A stretch of DNA of 54,233 nucleotides, filler included, from Sphacelaria rigidula (taxonomy: Eukaryota): NCBI GenBank assembly GCA_964200075.2. It is 4 parts of 4 records of this genome, joined end to end, with 100 filler letters (N's around TTAATTAATTAA, not from the genome) between each part and the next. Parts side by side here need not be neighbours in the genome. Positions count along the whole stretch, not along the records: positions 40,753 to 54,233 come from CAXNAA020002855.1; 3 more parts are not named here. One strand, given 5' to 3'. The position numbers were made by a program, and so were the translations under genes. How positions within the stretch are numbered: the first letter of the stretch is position 1; the number at the start of each line of letters is the position of its first letter. The notes beneath the pieces were generated by a model. That model worked only from the letters and a program-made list of their open reading frames with translations, made no database searches and had not been told where the DNA came from. Below, piece after piece: positions 48,891 to 54,233 of this stretch.

Positions 48891-50549
48891 CCCTTCTTAT
48901 TTCTTACACCGCGATGCAGGTAGTCCATCTGGATCACGCATACTTTTCTCAGTGAAATTGATGTCGATTCAGCAGGTGACCTACCCTCTTGGTCAAAGGG
49001 TTAACGAAGGGGATCTCCCTCTTTTTCGAAATCCCCCTTTCGAACAACGACCGCCGATTGATCGCTGCGATACCACCCCCAAAAATAAATTCCCCTTGCG
49101 TGCACATGCAAAGGCTTGTCACACATCCCAACACAAAAAAAGCTGAACCTCGGGTACTGGGTGGGCCCGCAAACCAGGAACACAGCTCGAGCCGCAGCTG
49201 CTCATCAGCTGTGCACGTTGTGCGTGACCTTGCTCAAATCTGTTCAGAATCCATTGAGAAATGATGATTAGCCTGAGATGCGCGCACAGCACACGCTTAC
49301 AAAACGGTCAGCAACAACACGTTTTCGTTGTTTTTTTACACCCACGCGGCCGCCATTCGTTCGATACAGAACGGATTTCGGTCAAACAAAGAGTGCCGTG
49401 TACAGATTAGCAAGGGCTTGCGGTGTAACTAATGCGCGTGAGTGGTGGGTTTATATGCGTCTTTTTTCGGGGCTGGCTGTGTAAGTGTTGTGTTGCCTTG
49501 CTACGTCTTGTCTGTAGCATTACACAGACCTTGGATTAATGACCACATCCAGACCCGCCGCATTTTTGAACCTGCGTGCAGATCTGGAGTCCGATACGTA
49601 CGAAACCTTTTCTCGATAGGACTCAGGACTGGTCGATATGGGGCCAATCCCCTGTCGAAGGAAAAATGGGACAATCCCCTTCGATAAGAAGCCCTAACCG
49701 TAACCCCAACCCAAGGCATACCGAGAACCCTCCGGGAACTGGGGTCAAAGGTTTCCCATGAAACGGGTGGCGTTGGTAGAACTCAAAACGGCGCCGCAGT
49801 CACCGGTTTTGTCGAAAATGCGTTCCGCGCCCGCGAGGGGCAGTTGGACCGGTCAGCCCTGTCTAAGTGTAAGATCCGAGTATCGATGTTTACACTCAAA
49901 TCAAGCGATAAACTCTCGGGAAGATTCTAATCGACCAAGTGGTAGACACTAGTGGAAGACTGACAAAATGAAGGAGCCAGGACCCACATGATCCTGAAAA
50001 CTTCTTTTTGATCGAAGTTGAGGGGGGGTGGGGGGGGGTACATAATTCCGAGGGGGGGTACCCCCCATTACAGTGGATCATGTCGATAGCGTCATGTACC
50101 GTACAACACCATCGGTTAACGTGACCGGACTGTACGCTCAAGCCTTACCGCGCTGCTACACAAAGTTGTTGGTAGGGGTACATTGAAACAAGTTTAAAAG
50201 AACATGCCATGCTTGTCACAATGGACCAGTCACGAATTCGCAACGCTTGGCGTCGCCATAGAGGACCTCCCTGATGTCGCCATGGTATCAGCATTCGCTT
50301 GGTGGTGCTGCGTGAAATTTCATTTGAATCCTCGGCGAGTATACGACGCTGCCTTGGCTGCAGTTCCTCACTCTTGCCGGCCTCGGCTGGAAGAAGACGG
50401 TGTGAACGATTCGTAGTCTACAGCGCACAAGCAGTACGACACCTGGCTGCATTGGCATTCCGTTATAGGTCATGACGTGTTGCACCACCGTTATGGGTGG
50501 CATGTTGGAAAATCATTACAAGTGCGGCTTTGTTGTTCGAAAGTGCTGC

Positions 50550-51352
50550 GTAATGTACTATTGTACTGTACAACTGACTGTTCGGTATTGCTGTAGTTCA
50601 ACGTACCGGAATGTACTGTTGTAGGGCTCTGCATTGAACTCTCTGTACTGCAGTCTGTACTCTACACTGCACAGCACTGCAGCACTCTGTTGTCGTCCCA
50701 TCTATTCTGGGCGCCGGTCTACACCTTTCGGTATATGTAGGCGCACCAGCCGGGGTCACACAGGAGGAAGGTCAACAGAGGAGCTTTTTCTTTTTTATTT
50801 GTTTTAGAAACCCCACCTTCCTTCTGCGGTGCTTGCCTTCATTTTTTATCGCAAGAGGGTTTTAGCATTCCCTTTCCCTCGTCGACCGTTAAGTCAAATT
50901 TTATGTACGCATGACATAGTCGCTCTACACTGTTGGGCATTGTGTGAGAGAAAATTCCAGATCGCTCTGAGAATTGAACCCATGACCCAACCGTCAGAAG
51001 GTTTCCAGGTTACCAACTGAGCCACCGGGGCGACCGGCTTTACAGTGCCCTAAAGTGCACCGTGGTGCATTGAAATACTGCAAGTGCAGTGAGTTGTAGT
51101 GTACGCGAAGTATGGTGCCGCAGGGTATGGTACAACACAGACTCGTTATTTTTATTGAGCGGTCAATGCTGTGCTGACCTAGAGCTATGCATTTTCGAAC
51201 TGGACGCTGGTCGATCGCACATATGGCGGCACAACCTGCGGCCGATCACTGTGACAAAAGGTCCACGTCAAGCCACGTCACACCAGCTTCCGCTGTGGGC
51301 CTTTTAGCGTCCACTCTGAAATTTCAAAGCTTCCACTATGAATTCTGACTCC
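50550..51352 (-). repeat. Dispersed repeat (homolog of 26560-27000) interrupted by a SINE
   Basis: The two flanks of the SINE are contiguous in the 26560-27000 copy. Confidence 0.7.
50688..51037 (-). mobile_element. tRNA-derived SINE, copy 4 (full length)
   Basis: CCGGTCGCCCCGGTGGCTCAGTTGG A box, CTTCTGA loop, GGTTCAATTCT B box, 3' end TAGATGGGACGACAAC. Confidence 0.88.
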
Positions 51353-53151
51353 ATGATGAGAATTTCCCCCCCCCTCGAAACTCTCTATGCCGTCATTTCA
51401 ATATACTGAAATGTTCAAATAAAACTGACAACTTGTGGCCTAAAAGTGCAGCTCTACGAATCCTGACCGTGCCATGGAGTACTCATTGATTCATACAAAA
51501 ACCCAACTTGTACTTCTTGATGCATACCATAACCAGTACTATCTTGATCTATTCTAAAACTAACCGGTAGTTCGTTGATTCACTAAAGCGAAGTGATAAG
51601 CACATGTATTCTCAAATCAAGTACTTGGTTCATTCATTTAAAACCAGAAGACATCATCCAATGGTCAGCATGACTGAAATGTCATCATCCAGCGGGTGAA
51701 TTCCCTCCGCTACGACCGCCCAGAACAAGGCACACGCCAAACCTCCTCGGTTTTGGGCTACCAATGCACAGGCGAACCCTGGGTGGTGAAGGTATCGTCC
51801 AATTCCTTATACCGGTGAAGAAAGTGAGCGGAAACAAGAAAGAAAAAGATTCTCGGGATTCCATTTATTTATTCTCGAAACCACCGAGTGGGGGAGGGGC
51901 GGGGTGTACGCATGATCATGCATGCCATAGTCATAAGACCATTGGGGAGGGGCGGGGGGGGGGGGAGATCTGGCTCTTTCGTTTTGTTTTGTACGGCCCA
52001 CTGAATCGCTGATTATTTCGCCCCCGATGAGCCCATTTATTATGGCAGTCGAAAATTTCGATCTACAGTATACGCAGGTCGGTGGAACTTAATGGGAAAG
52101 AGCCTCTTATGGCCTCCAATATAGGCCAGATCGAGAGAGCTCAAATCGAGATTTTCCACTTCTGGCACGGTTACCCAACCTTCACTCCAGATCGGGGAAA
52201 AATCGAGGTTCCCCAAATCTGTAGAAAAGTTATGTATGTACAATGACTTATGGTGATGGGGCAACAGACGTTTGATGTTTTTGCAACCGCAGCAGACAGT
52301 CTCGTGACAGCACAAGCCGTGCCTACCAGCGCCAGCTGCTGTATCAGCTTCGTAGCAGAGGTTTCGCGCACGGGGTTTGCAGGCGGATAAGAATTGTTGA
52401 CGCCGTACTCTACGGCGATGGTAAAAAAGTCCACTACAGTGGCGTATGCATCACTGTAACGAACGGTCATGTATTATCCTACAGTCTGTTGCCGTTGTAC
52501 AAACAGGGGATGTACTGCGCTGTTCTTGTACACTGTTTTCGCAACACTAACTGTACTATCATGTATTACCGCTCGGCATTATCGTGTACCGTGATGGTTG
52601 AGTGTTTTGCACCCTTACGGGGGTGAATGAGGGCCGACCGTGGGTACTATATTTGGGGAAAGTGAACATAGACACGTGTCTACAGCAAAACATGGTTCGT
52701 AATGGAGCCAATACTATCAGTCACGAATACGACCCCGTCCATATCGAGTGCACCATAAAAGTAGTAAATTTACCGAGTAGCCGGTGTTCATCACTCTGTG
52801 GAAGCTGTTGCTCGGGTTATTGTGCTCCTCTTGTTGCATGAAGATAGTGCTGAAACAGCAGCTCTCATTTGTTGCTGTAGCACTTGGGAAGCGCACGCCG
52901 TATGATCTATCACACCACGTTAACCGCCCTTGAGGATATCACCCCACAAAAATACGGACAGCAGCAGTTGTGGCCGCCACACACAACAACAACAGCATTG
53001 AAACGATTGCCCAGATGATGTATCTTGTGTTCACCAGCTACAGTCAGTCAGTGGGAAAACCAACAGCCTGACAAGCCAGTGTCTTCACGAGACATGAAAT
53101 CGCTCTCCACGCTTTCAACTGAATGGTGGAATCATCTGACATGAAATAGCG

Positions 53152-54080
53152 GACTTTCATCTGTGTGATTTCGCTCTCTGCAACTCAAAGTTCTTACAGC
53201 AAAGTCGCGCTTTCTGCGCGAAATTGCCCTTTGTGCACGGCGGCACTGAAGAAAGCAGGAGCTGGCGGCGAGCAAAACGATGCAAGGCCCTCACAGAGTT
53301 CTTGCTACATAAAAATTCATTTGCTCGGAAGTGAAACACGGCGAAAATGACAGCGTTCACGTCTTGTTTCTAGAGCAGTCACGAAAAACACCGTCGCTGG
53401 TGTCACCGGCCGGTGAATGGCTTTGCAACCACGAAACGAAAATCGCTGTCGACGCCCAGTGTTTCGTGCTGGAACCCGTCGAACATAAAACGTCTGACTT
53501 TCATACATGATTTCGCTCTCTGCAACTCAAAATGTATAGAGCACTCGCTCTTCCTACGCAAAATGACCCTTCGTGTACAGCGGCGGGGAAGGAAGCAGCA
53601 GCTGGCAGAGGGTATGATGACGCAAGGCCGTCACAGATTTCTACCTCCAAGCATAGACATTTGCTCGGGAATGAAAGGCGGAGACGATGGCAGCGTTTTC
53701 ATATTGTTTTCAGTATAGTCACGAAAAACATCATCGCTGCTGTCACCAAAGGGTGGAAAGCGGTGCAACCACGAAAAACAAAATCGCTGTCGACACCCAG
53801 GATCTTGTGCTGGAACCATGCAACACAAAACAGCCGACTTTCATCTGTGATTCCGCTGTCTGCAACTCAAAATATATAGAGCACTCGCTCTTCCTACGCG
53901 AAATTGCCCCTTGTGCGCAGCTGCAGAGAACAAAACAGCGGCTGGCGGCGTGCAATAAGATGCAAGACTGTCACAAATTTCTTGCTGCAAAGATATATGC
54001 TCGGGAATGAAACAAGGCAAGGATGGCAGAGTTTACATCTTCTTTTTAGGACAGACAGAGTCACGGGAAGCATCGTCTCT
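53152..54080. repeat. Diverged tandem repeat, ~340-bp unit, ~2.7 copies
   Basis: GACTTTCAT...CGCT.TCTGCAACTCAAA recurs at 53152, 53496 and 53836. Confidence 0.9.
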
Positions 54081-54233
54081 GTTTCAATGATGTCTTCTGC
54101 TTGTGTTTCGAAGTTCCGCTCCTCGAATTATTACAAGGGTCGGACAAATAATGATTCGTCTGGAAATTACTTGGTTTTAGTGCAACTGATTCGACTCATA
54201 CGAAGCAATCCCGAGGCTTTGTTTTCAGCGTTG

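Noticed and set aside
50960..51037. Functional tRNA-Arg gene
   Set aside because: Stems are imperfect and the head is always fused to the same body in diverged copies; it is a SINE head

Overview
Eukaryotic, repeat-rich nuclear DNA. Short exons, long transposon-filled introns and the repeat landscape suggest a brown alga (Phaeophyceae), but that assignment is inference. The window is not one locus. It consists of four contigs (1-13487, 13588-27070, 27171-40652, 40753-54233; 13487, 13483, 13482 and 13481 bp) joined by identical 100-bp N44-TTAATTAATTAA-N44 spacers, and the steadily decreasing lengths indicate size-sorted, probably unlinked contigs. Contig 1 holds the 3' exons of a minus-strand gene with a degenerate cyclic-nucleotide-binding domain, plus a cluster of MITEs and tRNA-derived SINEs. 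Contig 2 holds a putative solo LTR, a stop-riddled intron-containing OTU-protease/zinc-finger gene, a composite hAT element with an exact 8-bp TSD inside one of its introns, and a piggyBac-like exon. Contig 3 holds the last four exons of an AAAP/Aa_trans (AVT-like) amino-acid transporter with a long loop and a probable GC-AG intron, an intronic 2.6-kb hAT element carrying a SINE, and downstream hairpins. Contig 4 holds a gag-only LTR retroelement relic, dispersed repeats and a ~340-bp tandem repeat. Most ORFs in the supplied track are spurious. I found no clearly new system; the best leads are the OTU/zinc-finger element and the modular (core-sharing, composite) DNA transposons. All alignments and counts were done by eye.
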